Part shown: positions 1-14,650 of the stretch, piece after piece
Position numbering within the stretch: position 1 is the first letter of the stretch
Layout of the letters: each line of letters begins with the position of its first letter
DNA from: Octopus sinensis
Lineage: Eukaryota
DNA: 64,000 nt
Assembly: GCF_006345805.1 (NCBI RefSeq)
Contig: NC_043008.1
Span: 4,154,001-4,218,000 of the forward strand
Direction: 5' to 3'
The notes under the pieces: generated by a model
The model's input: only the letters and a program-made list of their open reading frames with translations
Told to the model about the DNA's origin: nothing
Databases searched by the model: none
Translations under genes and position numbers: made by a program

Positions 1-926
1 AGATTTTAGTTAGTGATAGATGTTTTCTATAAATGATGAATAGGAAGACTTATTTCCATTATTGATATTCCATAAATTTATTGACTAATTGATTTTTATG
101 AAAATAACAATGATATTTTGGGTATAATTTTTATATTTATTTGTGTTTACATTTATTGAAAGGTGATCAGTTGTAATTTAATTGATTACTGACTTTTACA
201 AAAAGCATTAAGAGATTTAAGCCACAAAGAACTGCATATTGTAGAAGATATATAAAATTGTAATGACAAATCTCTCAGCCTCTCGTAAACTCTTAATCAA
301 TCCAGTTGATTAGCATGGAGTGATCTCCAAATTATGCTCAGTTCATTCCACTCAAGTCAGATCTTGTAGAAATTTATTCCAGTTTCCAAACATCCACAGC
401 TCTAGAGAGCTTTGAAATTCTACTTCACTTAGATGTTGTGTATTAATGCATTGGGCTGGGGGGGGGGGATTGTTTGTTGTTGTTATTTTTTGTTTGTTTG
501 TTTGTTTTTGTTATTGCTATCATTTAATCTATTTCTTAAAAACATAATCTAATTTATGATGGATTTTAATATTAATATCCAGTACTGATTGTTTAATACA
601 CAACAAAGTCTAAAGAAAAATTTTGTTTATTCCAAATATCAAAGAAGCGAGGCACATTTTTCCCCTCTTTAAGTTCTTTTATATTAAGCAGGAGAGAAAT
701 GCTTTTTTTTCCATGGCTAGAACAAAAGTCATTTACAGAGAACTTTTCTAATCAAAGAAATTGAACTTAGTACATGAAGCCACCAAATCTGATCACAACC
801 ACTATTTACATGGTACCATCCAAAGTTAGCTTACCTTGAATTGGTCATTTGATAGCTTATTACTCTAATTAACATCACATATTCTTATGATGAGATGCAA
901 ACCAATGATTTCTGTGATGCATCTAA

Positions 927-1180
927 GTTACGGGGACGTAAACATTCCAACATCGGTTGTCAAGCGATGTTGGGGGAACAAATACAGACACACAAACACA
1001 CACACACACGCATATGTATATAACCCACTACACTCACAGAGTGGTTGGAGTCAGGAAGGGCATCCAGCTGTAGAAACACTGCCAGATCAGACTGGAGCCT
1101 GGTGCAGCCTCCTGGTTTGCCAGACCCAGGTCGAACCGTCCAACCCATGCTAGCATGGAAAGCGGATGTTAAACGATGAT
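927..1180. mobile_element. Chimeric insertion: SINE B internal fragment fused to a family A 3' end, 10-bp TSD
   Basis: 927-1010 matches 14805-14860; 1023-1180 is family A; TGATGCATCT occurs on both sides (917-926 and about 1178-1187). Confidence 0.65.
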
Positions 1181-1247
1181 GCATCTCTGAATCAAATCAT
1201 TTCAGAGCAACAACTTCCTTATATAATGCAAATGGTAACTTCCTTAC

Positions 1248-1435
1248 CGGGTTGCAGGCCCATTCAAGGCTTTTATGCAGGGGCAACAATTGTTCGTTCA
1301 TTCGAGTCTCCCGTCACCAAATCACTGCTGTTGTTCTAAGGAAAGACCAGGGTTGATACAGCTTGAAACTAGTATTATTGTCAGCATTGACGTTAAAACA
1401 CAAACGGTGGAAACGTATAAGGCAACTTGTCCGAC
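1248..1435 (-). other. Candidate non-coding exon, CpG-retaining
   Basis: TTGTTTACAG| acceptor and CCG|GTAAGG donor; stops in all three frames. Confidence 0.3.
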
Positions 1436-4400
1436 CTGTAAACAATTCTACCAATCCTCCGTCCTTGTTTTTTACTTTATTTATCAACCCTAAAAGAATG
1501 AATGATAAAGTTGATCTCAGTTGGATTTGAACTCAGAATACAGAGAATCAAAGCAAATACCACAAAACACTCTAATAACTCTGCTAATTCACCATCATCT
1601 GTAAAGTAATCATCATATTGTCTTGATGCCAACTTTTCCATGCTTGCAAGGATTGGACAGAGTTTATTGAAGCAAATTTTCCACAGCCAGGTAGACTTAG
1701 GCAGAATATTGGAAATGAGTGACACTCCTTATATGACACACACAACTACCACACAGTGTCAGGACGAGGGAACAAGCACACACACACACACACTTCTATC
1801 TATCTATTAACACACACACACACACGCCTGCACAATGGGTTTCTTTCAGTTTCCCTGCCAGATCCACTTACAAGGTTTTGCTCAGACCAGGGCTATACCT
1901 AAGTGGGACTGAACCTGAAACTAAACCATGTGATTGAGAAGTCAGCTTTCTAACCGCACAGCCATGCTAAAAGATAACGCAGAGGTCAGAATATATTAGA
2001 ACCTCATTAATTATATTGAAAACAAAATAATGATGCAAAAAAACAAAATTTCAAAACAATCTATAAAACCACATTATGCTCCAGAAAGCTTTTCTAATGG
2101 CATCAATATTTAGCGATTTTCCCCTTTTTTTTTAAGGATATATTTATATAGTTTGTTTATCTTGTTATTAGCCTCAGGTGTTATTTGCAAACTTTTGACA
2201 CATCTTATTTGGTAAAAAAATGCAGTTTACTTAAAGAAACTAACCTAATTGCTACTAATGATTTATAATGGTATAATTTCTGTTTTGTTTTTGCTTTTTA
2301 AACTTTAGGCTAAGACTGACTGATAGTGTTTTCTTTCTCGAATATAATACAGTTTCATAAAATCTTTTTAAGCAACCAATATGGGTGCAAGCATGACTGA
2401 GTGGTTAGGGAGTCCATTTACAATCACAAGATTCTGGGTTCAATCACATGGTACAGCACTATGGGCACGTGTTTTCTACCATAGAATTAAACTGATTTCA
2501 AATTTTGGCACAGGGCCAGTAATCTCAGGGAAAGGAGTAAGACAATTCCATTGACCCCAGTGCTCAACCGGTACTTACCTTATTGACCCCAGCAAGGAAA
2601 TGGTAATCTGGAATTGAGTTATAGAATACCTTCCACTTGTACGATCTGCACCAAAGAGTTTCCTTCTTCTGTGTTGGTCTTTATTGTTACCACTTATAGG
2701 GCAATATGTTAAATTTGTTGCCAATGGAGAGGAAGTAAAATATCTATAGCTTCATAGTGGTTGTATATAGATTGATGATTAAGAGGTTAGCATTGCAATC
2801 ACAAGGGAACTTGAGGTTACGGTAGAAGCTGGTAGCCCAAAAGAACACTGTGTGACATTTGGGCAAGTGCCATCTAGACAGCATCCAGCTTTGTCACACT
2901 GTTACTCTGAATTAAGTTAAAGGTAAGTATGCCTGCGGAATACTCAGCCACTTCACATGCTAACTCAGTGAATAAGTTTGCACATTTGATCAAACAACTG
3001 GATGTTATGTCAAAATCTAGGCATAGTCCATTATGCGTATACACATTTATATATGCATATGTGGGTGTGTATGTGTATATATACACTCACATACACACAC
3101 ACACACACAATGTCACTTGTTTCATGTATGCTTTTTTCTCTCATGCTTCCATGCATTGAACAAATAAGTATTATATATGGACAGATACCCTCCCTGTCAA
3201 TAGCCTTTGGCTGTTTTACATTTTAGGGATACTTTGTTCAACTTGTTTTAAAGTTTTAAAGCACAAAGCCAGAGGTTGAATTTGTTGATGAAGAATATCA
3301 ATAACACACAACCAGTCTTTAACTCAAAGCTTTCATGCAAAGAGCAGAATGTAAGCATTCACACAAATATACAAATGTGTAAACACAGACACATTATATC
3401 ATGTATATATATATAACATTTATCCTCATCATCGTTTAACATCCATCTTCCATGTATGCATGGGTAGGACGGTGGACAGGAGCTGGCCAGGTAGAAAATC
3501 TACCCAGGGCTACTACTGTATAATATATATTAGATAATCTCTAAGTAATGTATTACACACAACACACAAACAAGTATGGTGTTCTTCTGTTTCACTCAAA
3601 AGGTCAACTCAAGACTGTAGGAGAAGCTACTTTGCCAGTGTGCCACACAGTGGGACAGAACTTGAAACCAAAGGGTGACAAAGTGAACTCCATATCCACA
3701 CAGCCGTGCCTGTGTCTATGTATGTGTGTGTATACATACATACATACATACATACATACATACACACACACACAAACACACACATATAAATGCTTGTGTG
3801 TAACTGGAATATCTAAACAGCCTAAATTTACATACTCACACACACATACATATGAACATTTGTACATATATATATATATATATATATATGGTAATTTAGT
3901 CTACTTTGATATTGCAATTATGGATAAACTCCCTATTTTAATGTAAATGATAGCTTTCACATTTATCATGAATTTTCATCTCACTTAATGCCACACAAGA
4001 TATCCTGTTCCTCCTTAATTATCTTTTCAAGTCCATTTTCTGTATTCCATTGAGCTAATATGGAATTTGCAATGTGTTTTCTTAATATAGAATAATATTA
4101 ATTTCAGTTGCAGAATGAAACACAAATTACCTTAGCAAACTCCTGCGTATATTGGGGATTTTTTGTAAAGTTTATACAGGAAGGAAATTTAGCTTACTGG
4201 GAAAAGGAACATCGAATATTTCTCAACCATTAAATCAGCACATTATTTTTGAGGATTGGATCCAAAGATAATCTGATTCTTACTATATCTGTCTGTCATT
4301 GCTGTCCAATATAGTTCTGTTAATATCTATTTTCGCTTTTCTTTGAATAATACTGGAAGAAAGACAAGATTTGATTATTGGGTGATTATTAATTTCAAGA

Positions 4401-4477
4401 CAGAATCTTAAATGTTAATTCAGACTTAGGTCTTGCACAATCCCTTTTATCCCTCTGCCTCTCTTTGTTTATTCATT

Positions 4478-4522
<45 letters not shown>

Positions 4523-6244
4523 ATTCCTCCTTTTCATTCCTATTATGTATTTGTCATACTATCTTTACATCTCTCTCTTTTTCTCTCTCTCCTTTTTTTC
4601 TCTACTCATCTGTCTACCATGCTATCATCTACCCCACCCCACTTTCATCCATCCTTATTTGCCCCACTTTCATCTCATCCCTGTCCCCTTCTCTGCCTCC
4701 AGGTAAAATCTAAAAGTTACTCACTCAATTAGTTTCTTCTTTCACAGTTTAAAAATAACCTCATCTCAGAGTAATAAGAAAAGTAATCAACAGACAATAT
4801 ATTCCATCAATAATTTATTTGTGGCAACTTTCATATTTTGATCAATACAAGCTGATTACCAGTTCCAGCAGAGGAGCCATCATCTTATAATTTCATATCT
4901 TCATACTTGCTCAATAATATTTTATTTTAATGAGCCGGTGTGAGTGCCTTTGTACAGTGATTCAACCTGCTAGAAATAATAACCAAATTTTCCACAAATC
5001 ACACTCTGCTATTGTACAAAAGGAAGGACATGTATATCTTTACACACTGTGCTTGAGAAAGAGAATGAGATGGTCATGGTTGGAACACTGTTCATCACAG
5101 ATCTGCTCAGCTAAAGATTCTCTTTCAACATGGCACTAAGTATGATGGCAAAACCAAACTAAAGAACACGAGCGAATTCTACTACTACTACTAACTACTA
5201 CTACTACTGCTACTACTACTACTACTACTACTACTAATACTTTCAATATCAAAACTGTCAGCAAGCCTAATCATTAGACTACATGTATATAAAGGACTGA
5301 TCAATAGATCTGATTACTTAGTTTAACTTCTATCATCATCATCATCATCATCATGTTCTACTAGGTGTAGCAACAAACTATCCTTCAGAAATCAGGTTAC
5401 ATTGCATTTTGTAGTCCTAGATAGAGAATGCCCTGCAAAAAGAAATTGCATCGAAGATTACAGGGTCATGGCTGTTGTAATGTCTTTGATCACAGACCAA
5501 CAGAGTTAGAGGTTAATTTGGAGCTACACAACAACAACAACATCACAATTCATCATCCTTATCATTTTACTGCCTAATTTTCTCGGCAGCTCGATTCGGT
5601 TGGCTTTGAAATAATAGTCTATCTCCGTTTCTATTGATTCTGTGTCATTATTGTCAATCCTGACCTCATCTTCCTTCCTGGGTCTTTTAGCCTAACCTAT
5701 TTAACAAGTTTCACCCTCTCTCTCTCTCTCTCTCTCTCTCTAAACTTTTAACCAACAAGTAGGGGTGCAGGCATGGCTGTGGGATAAAGGAGAGTTCACT
5801 TTGTAGCTTTTGCAGTTCTGGATGTGATCCCACTGCGCAATAAACATTTTAGGCAAGTATTTTCTTCTACAGCCTTTGAGTTGATCAATACATTGTGAAC
5901 GGAATTTGGTAAATGGAAACTGCATGGAAATCCATCACGTGTGTGTGGGTGTGTGTGGGTGTGTGAAGTGTGTGTGTGTGTGTGTTTCATTTGTTGCATG
6001 GCATATCAACATGGGTTAGAAAAGAAGTTTTTTGCATCAAGCTCTTGTCACTCTCTCGTCACTCTCATTATCAGAAAATGCCGTGTATTAGTAAGAGGTC
6101 TGTTGGAATCTTGTAGCCTTTGTTGTAACAATAGTAGCTAGCTAGTAGAAATTGTGGAATATTTAACTAGCCCCAGGTGAGATATAATCAAAAACACATC
6201 TGATGAAAGACATACCAACCATGATTATCGTATTTCATTTTTGT

Positions 6245-6655
6245 GTGGCTGTGTGGTTAAGGAGCTGAATTTTGCAGTCACTTGGTTTTGGGTTCAATCC
6301 CACTGTGTGACACCTTGTGTAAGTGTCTTCTACTGTAGGCCCAAACTGACCAATGTCTTGTGAGTGAATTTAGTTTATGGAAACTGTGGAAGCTCATCAT
6401 TTATGTGCATTTGTGTGTGTGTGTGTGTGTGTGTGCATTTTCTGTGTTTGTTCCTCCTCACCATCACTTGTGAAACCTTGTTGGTTTGATTATGCTCCTA
6501 TAACTTAGTAGTTCAGCAAAAGAAACCAATACAATTTATACCTTTAAAAAACTTGTTAAAAACTACTAGGGTCACTTTGTTCACTTAAACCCTTCAAGGC
6601 AACACTCCAACATGGCTACAGTCCAGTGACTAAAACAAGTAAAAGAATAAACCAA
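6245..6655 (+). mobile_element. SINE family B, diverged
   Basis: GTGGCTGTGTGGTTAAG...GGGTTCAATCCCACTG head and GACTAAAACAAGTAAAAGAATA tail. Confidence 0.75.
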
Positions 6656-7269
6656 AAAATATAGTGGATGATATCTATGCTTCAAGGATGACATTCAAGG
6701 AAACTACAACTGCTATTTCTTGCAGGTCAAGCAACTGCATTGCGGCTTCCTGGTTGTATTTGTACTTTATATATCTTTTGTTTGGATTATGTTTTCCTTT
6801 AAATATTCAACGTTGGTATTATCCCCCAGATCATCTGTTATTGAGCAAACCAACCACAAACATCCTTTTTTAGAAGAACTACTTAGAATTATATATTCTG
6901 TGTTCTTCCTTTAAGACTGAAGGGTATGATTTTAGGGAGATAGGATTCCTAGCAAGTTCAGTGGGCATGTTATATACAGGTTCAGTAATGGGTCCAAGAA
7001 CTGGAATCAGGGAATTTATCATCATAATAGCATTTCCTTTTCAATTATTGTGTTGAATTATTGTATTCTTGATAGGAAAATCTTATCTTATTATCTCAAA
7101 ATAACTTATTGCAAATATTGAGTATTAAGGGTTTTCAGTTTTTTTTCATACAAACACGTTTTCAGTTTCTATGACTTTCTTTCTGTTAACACTGCTAATT
7201 ATTAAATCTCAGAATGAGATGTAAACAGTAATCGCTCAATAATGTAAAGTATAATAATGCTTACAGTCA

Positions 7270-7580
7270 GTTTTTCGAAATCAGTGGCAGACGTCACTAG
7301 AAAAACTCTTATATATTTGCAAAGCAGCCTTGTCTTTCATCGCGACCTGGTGGTTACCGCCCGTTGATAAGGGACAATAATCCCAAAACTAGTCCGAGTG
7401 TATCACTCAGGCTTGCGAGAAAGGGATGGTCTTCCTTTGCAAATACTTCAAGGGCACTGAAATGGTGTCTAAAGCCAGCTGGAGACGACGATCTCCTGGG
7501 GCTATAGAGCTACAGTAACACCCCCTCCCCTATGCGGTTAGCCATATTAAGATGGCTTCTATACTTTACATTATCGAGTG
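7270..7580 (+). promoter_or_regulatory. CpG-rich island, candidate promoter or TE leader
   Basis: About 12 CpGs in 300 bp, GACGTCA, TATA-like TTATATAT near 7310, short hairpins GGAGA/TCTCC and AGCCAT/ATGGCT. Confidence 0.3.
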
Positions 7581-7675
7581 ATTACTGTTTACATCTCATT
7601 CTGAGATTTAATAATCCTATATATATATAGATGTACATGTAATATGTACACATATATATACACATACATACATGC

Positions 7676-7715
7676 ACTAGCACTATGACCCGGCAACGAC
7701 GGATCTTTAATGCTA

Positions 7716-7717
<2 letters not shown>
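7676..7717. mobile_element. Helitron-type terminal remnant
   Basis: ACTAGCA...TGCTAGT inverted ends around the GC-rich hairpin GACCCGGCAACGACGGATC, set in TA/CA repeats. Confidence 0.45.
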
Positions 7718-8193
<476 letters not shown>

Positions 8194-8542
8194 ATGTATA
8201 GATGTATACATGCGTGTGTGTTTGCATATAATGGGCCTCTTTTCCACTTACTGTGTGCTAAATTTATTCGTAAGGCTTTTGTCAGCCCATCAACCCAGGG
8301 ATAGAATGGCACACATGCTTGTCCCAGATGCCATGGAGTGGGACTGAAATTGAAACTGTGTATGATTGAACAGCAGGTTTCTTAACAACACACCCATGCA
8401 GGTGCACACTATATATATATGTATAGTCATGCATGACTTGATACACTCCTTATCCTTTTTCCTTGTATATTACTATATATTCTATATGGTTTCTACAATG
8501 ACACATTAAGGAGTATTACTCAAATCCATATATTGTGACATT

Positions 8543-8576
<34 letters not shown>

Positions 8577-10524
8577 TAGCAAGAGAGAGAGAGGGATAAA
8601 CTGGTCAATGTTTCAATCTAACACTCTTAGGAAAATGTAAGATAAGCTCGTGTGAGTGAATATATAATTATGAATGTAACGTATGTAAAGTTTTTTGTTT
8701 TGTGAAGTATCTAAGACAGCTAAAAACGAGGAAGCTGGAGATTTAAAGGGAATGGAGGGGTAGAGAAAGGCGGATGAGGAGAGACGAGTTTTATGATGTA
8801 GAGCTTTCATTCCATAAACTTCAGTTCAAACGGATTATAAGCATAGAGACATAGAAAGGTTGTAAGAGAGAAGAGAGAAAGAAAGCGACTTGTGTGGAGC
8901 AGTGAATGAGAAGAAGGAAAGCAGAAGGAAAACAGTAAAAGAAAAAAAAAGACTTTTTCTTGAGTTTAAAGAAATATTAACGGAGGGAAGATGTTTTTAG
9001 TATTAGAGACTAATAAGAATATTAGAAATGAAATGTCATTAATTTTCTAAAATAAATACATAAAATGTATTAACAATAACGATATGTGTTGACATAAAAA
9101 CTCTGCTGCGATACTTTTAAATCTTCTGCCACATACGTGAATGGACATATTAAGTGATGTATTTTTTGAAAAAAACATTTCCTTTTGAAAATATGAGATA
9201 TGTATAAACTTTACATATTCTAATAGTTTAGGAAACTGTTAAAAGTGATATTGATATTGGAATGTTTTGATCTCCAGTCTTATCGAATGAGTGTAAAATT
9301 ATCAAAGACGGATAGGAGGAGAACTAAAAGTATGAGGAGGAAGAAAAGATTTGGTGAGAGAGAAGAGAAGAGGAGGCGGTTCCATCTGTAAATTTCAGTT
9401 CAAAGAGATTTTATTTAGGAAAAAATATATTCATGGATATGTTTGTTCCTTTTTATTTTTAGTTTTCAAACAAAAATCTTTTTGATCCAACATTTACATA
9501 AGGAAAACTCCACGTCTTGAAAAGCTCATACATTATTTTAATAAGTAGTGTAATTGACTGAACAACTAAATGTTCATCATTAAAACTGATAACAGATCCA
9601 TCATCATTAAGTGTTGTGAAATGGTTAAAAGGATTGAGAAAGCCATTGAAATGCAAGTCAGAAATAAAGAAGTGAAAACACATGTGGGTGTGGGTGTGTG
9701 TGAATCTGTTACAAAATATACAAATCACTGATATTTACTATGCTTCTACCTAACGTGCAGTATTGATAAAGCTTCTGTTTGCTACGAGGCTTTAGTTGGT
9801 CGCGAGAAAAGGCAAAAGAATGGAGCGATTGACAAATAGTAATGTGTCAGAAGAAATGTAGGATTAAATGTAAATAGCTTATGGAGAGTTAATCAATTCT
9901 TTCATTGATTGAACATGTTTTTTTCCATCCCACCATGATGTGGGTTGGATGAACGAATATTGATGAGGCATTCTTTCACAACTCGTTTCCTCCTCTTCTG
10001 GTTGTTTTTCAAATAAGGAATTTTCTTTTTTTATTCCACGCCTCTTTGAAAGCATGGAAACAGAGGCAGATTTTGTTGACAGGGAGCATCACTAATGGTT
10101 ACCTCAATGCTGTTATGCAAGGCAAGAAATGGAAACACACACACACACACACTCACACACACACACACAAGCATATGTCATTATACATAGGTATGTGTGT
10201 GATATAAACACATGCATAACAGGTTTCCATACTGTTTCCTTTTATCAGTTTCACTGACAAGGAATTGGTCAGTCTGAGACTAGAACAGGAGACACTTACC
10301 TCAGGTTTTCACACAGTCCAATAGAACTCAAGACCAAGTGGTAACAAAGGGAACTCTCTATCATCATATTTGTGCTTGCATCCATATCAGAATATGTACC
10401 AATATTTATACATGTATCCATATTAGAATATATATATATATTTATATGTATGTATCATCATCATCATCATCATGGATATATGTATATATTGGAAGATGTG
10501 TGAAATCTTAGCTGCAGTTTGGTA

Positions 10525-10989
10525 TATTTGGAAAAAGGACAAGAATGACTTCACTGCTAGTTCTGACCAATCTAATTTCCTAATAATATGATTTCACAGT
10601 TTGGTTTTTAGATCTGTTAAGTTCTTTGTTAACTTTGGTGGGGAGATTTTTTAAAGACTCCTCGTTAACTTTTCTGGAGAACTTTCTCACATTCGTCGGT
10701 GGCACCTGTCAAACTGATCTCAGGTTGTGTTGTGCTAACAAACCCCAATCTCACCCCAGACACACCCAATTCCTTTATATATAGAATCACACAGCACAAC
10801 ACAACCTGAGATCAGTTTGATAAGTGCCACTGACGAATGTGAGAAAGTTCTCCAGAAAAGTTAACAAGGAGTTTTTAAAAAATTTCCCCATCAATGTTAA
10901 CAAAGAACTTAACAGATCTAAAAACCAATTATTAGAAAATTAGATTGATTAGAACAACCAGTGAAGTCATTCTTGTCCTTTTTCAAATA
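10525..10989. repeat. Long imperfect inverted repeat, arms 10525-10736 and 10793-10989, 56-nt spacer
   Basis: Manual alignment: about 197 aligned positions, 13 substitutions, one 1-nt and one 14-nt indel. Confidence 0.95.
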
Positions 10990-11123
10990 AGGGCATCCAG
11001 CTGTAGAAACTCTGCCAGATCAAGATTGGAGCCTGGTGCAGCCATCTGGTTCGCCAGCCCTCAGTCAAATCGTCCAACCCATACTAGCATGGAAAGCGGA
11101 TATTAAATGATGATGATGATGAT

Positions 11124-11161
<38 letters not shown>

Positions 11162-11941
11162 TTTCTCATGTAAAGCTCATCAAATTGGGAAGTATGATTG
11201 CAGAACATGATTCAGAGTTGCTAATATTTAAGTCAATGCAGCCCTTTTTAGTTTTATTAAATTGTTTACTCCTAGGTTGATTACATTGGTACAAATCTAT
11301 TCTCAAAAGCGTTTTTGCCACAATGTAGACAGCTTTGTGAAACAAAGGACCATATTACCCAATGTCTCTTCCTTTGTTGTAAGAATGTATGATATCAACT
11401 GATGGAAATAGATTTGGCTGTTGTTTCTGGCAGAGTGAGCAACTACATAAAAGCTCCCTTTCTTCCTGCTATCAAAATATAGATTTTCAAGAGATATTTC
11501 TTGAGTGAATCCTCAATGAATTTATTCGGGTTAATAAAGTTTAATGTCTGGGGAAGGTTAATGTCTTCCAACATCAAACCCCTTCACATGGATGTTCCTA
11601 TCAGTGTTGATCAAGTTTTTGTTTTCATCCCAACAGTAACAAGCTACACATGGGCTTGCCCAACTAAAGCTCCCTGGTAGCTTTCTTTGCGAGGCAAGTG
11701 ATGTTCAACAAATTATAAGTTACTAACATTTTGTATGATTGCACAGTTAAAAAATGTAAAAGTTAAATAATTTTCTATAATTTATTGAGCTTATATAATG
11801 TGATCATCACATAGATTTTTGTTCTATTTTTACTTATGTTTATTCTTTTCAACAATAAAATTAAATGAATAATTCAATTGATATTAACAATAATTTTATT
11901 ATAATTTCATTTTTATTTACTAATTTATTTTTCTTTTGCAG

Positions 11942-12003
11942 GTAAGTACCAGCATTCTTGTGTTTGGTAAATGAATCAATTTTACTATTATGAACAAACA
12001 AAG
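11942..12003 (+). other. Candidate 62-nt non-coding or poison exon beginning with a recursive-splice-type donor
   Basis: Branch-like TACTAAT (11918-24), T-rich tract, TTGCAG|GTAAGT at 11941/11942, second donor AAG|GTAAGA at 12003/12004; stops in all three frames. Confidence 0.55.
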
Positions 12004-12712
12004 GTAAGAAGGTATGAATTTAAAATTCTATTGCAAAATTTTGAAAAAAATATTCTTATATTAAATAATTAATGCAACAGTTTCTCAAAATTTTATTATT
12101 GGTGATTTTTAAACTATAAAAGTAACACAAAATTGATTATTGCATAATTTAAGAAGAACTTGATAAATATATATATATATATATAAGCAAAGATATTTCA
12201 GAAATGCTGCCCATTGAATACAAGATTAAGACTTAATGTCTTGTAACAAATAATATTACACCTATGTTAATCTATTTAGATATGTACACAGTTATTTTTT
12301 TATTTGAGTTATTTTTGAAACTAACATTATTTAATTTTAAATGGAAATGTAATTGCTCACACATAGGTTAACTAGATTTCTATGTCCTAAAGCAAATTCA
12401 GCCACATCACATAGTCGAATGAAGTGAAGTCTGAAATATTGAATAATATTTTACTTATGGCTGATTTAACATCATTCTAGCTGCAGTTAATTCCAGTCAG
12501 GACAATTAGAATTTAATTGCAAATTTTAGATGTGTTTTAGCACTATTTACTGTTGCTAGATACACAGGAAAGACAATAACATTTTAAAGCAATCAACATC
12601 ATTCTTGAAGGGATTCTGTTCTCAGTGAAATGAATAATCATATTATAGCGGAATGCAAATTTTGACAACACCAAACCTCATCTATCTCTCTTTCTTTCTT
12701 GCTCTTTATATT

Positions 12713-12770
<58 letters not shown>

Positions 12771-14650
12771 GTCCAGCAAAGGGCTAGTAGGCTGAAATTT
12801 TGAAGTTACTGTCCTCCCATTTCTATAAAAGTTTAATAAATATGTTTTCTACTAAAAAGTATTAATTCGCATCAGTTTAATGTTAAATTGTTTTTCTTAC
12901 AACTTAATATAAAAATATACATTAATATGAAAATGTGTGTGTGTGTGTGTGTGTGTGCATGTGTGTGTGTGTGTGTGTGTGTGCATATTTCAAGCTTGAT
13001 GAAATTGTGATCGTGGTCAGTACCTGCAACACATAAAAGGCACCTGTGCCAGTGGCACATTAAAGGCACCTGGCACACTCTGTGGAATGGTTAGCATTAG
13101 GAAGGGCATCCAGCTGTAGAAGCCAAGCCAAAACAGGCTGAAACCAATTGCAGCTCCCCACTTTATCAGTTCTAGTCAAACTGTCTAACCCCTGACTGCA
13201 TGGAAAACGGATGGTGGTGGTGGTGGTGGTGATGTTATGTATGTATATAATGTGTATATATATGTAATATATGTATGTATGTAAAGTGTAACCATGAACA
13301 TAGAAAGAATAGGGATTCAAAGAGTCAAACAGAACTCACATTAAGCTCCCACCCAAGTGCATGGCTATCAAGAAAGATTGTGGTTAAGGTTAGCATCATT
13401 CTGAAAATCTCAACGGATGAGAGTCTGTATATGAATTCATCAGACAAGGGAACAGAAAGTTGATCTTTTAATCTAACAAGAAGCATTATGAAGATTAGTC
13501 TGTTAGTTAAATCACAACACTTTTATGTGTGTATGGATGTACACAATAAGGTTAAAACATATTGGTTTATTACATATTAAAAATAAAAACTTGTTAAATT
13601 CTATCAAAGAGAAAATTGTTGAGTAAATATTCATATTAGGAAAGTATAACTTTACCTTCAAATTTGACTTTTAAGAAAATGAGATATTGGAAAAGTCTTA
13701 GCCTTCCTGATAAGATTCCTTTAAGATTAGATTGGAATTACTGTAATGGCATATTTTGCCAGTCAATCATTTCTGGTGGTTGTCAAACTTGCTTGCAATG
13801 AAGGCAATGTTCGTATTCATGGATATACATTTATACGTACTGACAGAGAATTAAGGAAATGTATTAACTGTATTACTCTTTCTCTTTCTTCCCCTATTTA
13901 TATATATATATATATATATAATATTGAAGGGGTTTCAGAAACCTGAGTGATATCTCAGTCAGCAATCCTGCAAATGCTGGCAAACTGTTTTTGACCTTTG
14001 CCTGATGAAATGAGCAGGGATCACATGTAATGTGTCGTAATAGCATATAATCATTGAAGGCAGAATGTTTGGCAGTATTTCCTTCCATGTTATGTTCTGA
14101 GTTCAAATGTTGTTACGGTTGACTTTGCTTTTCATCCTTTCAGGGTTGATAAAATAGGTACCAGATGAGCACTAGGCTCAAAGTAATTGATTTACCCCCC
14201 ACTCACACACACCCAAACTTACTGGCCTTGGGCCAAAATCCGAAACCAATGTTATAGAATAGTTATTTATATTTAGGATTTGACTGAACCATGTTTTGTT
14301 TCAATGATTGCAATGAAGGAATAAATATAACACACCACTTCCATTGTGAGGCTTACCGTGTGTGTGTGTGTGTGTGTGTGTGCGTGTGTCTATATATATA
14401 TATTGGGACATCCCATAAATAATGCATTTTTTCAATTGTATGAACTAAATATTGGAGTGGGGCAGGATAAACTACCTGCGTTAACTTCTGGAACATTTTT
14501 CTAAATTTTTTCTTGAATAAATGAGTCACAAAACTGGATTCAGCTTGAAAAAGTACATCAATATATTAAGTTTTATAAAATTTCAAAATCTCTGATACCA
14601 ACAGAAAAGATCTCTCTATTTGTCTATCGCTTTCATTTATGCTTTCCTCT

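Noticed and set aside
3980-4370. Three small minus-strand exon-like segments
   Set aside because: Phases do not join without stops and one implied intron is about 43 nt; more likely a decayed TE
4690-4710. CCTCCAG|GTAAAA as a second recursive splice site
   Set aside because: Weak donor and the pyrimidine tract belongs to a CT-rich repeat, so a chance match is likely
9459-9728. ISDLH metallophosphoesterase-like motif in a minus-strand ORF
   Set aside because: Other family motifs are absent, no splice support, and it lies in a decayed LINE-like block
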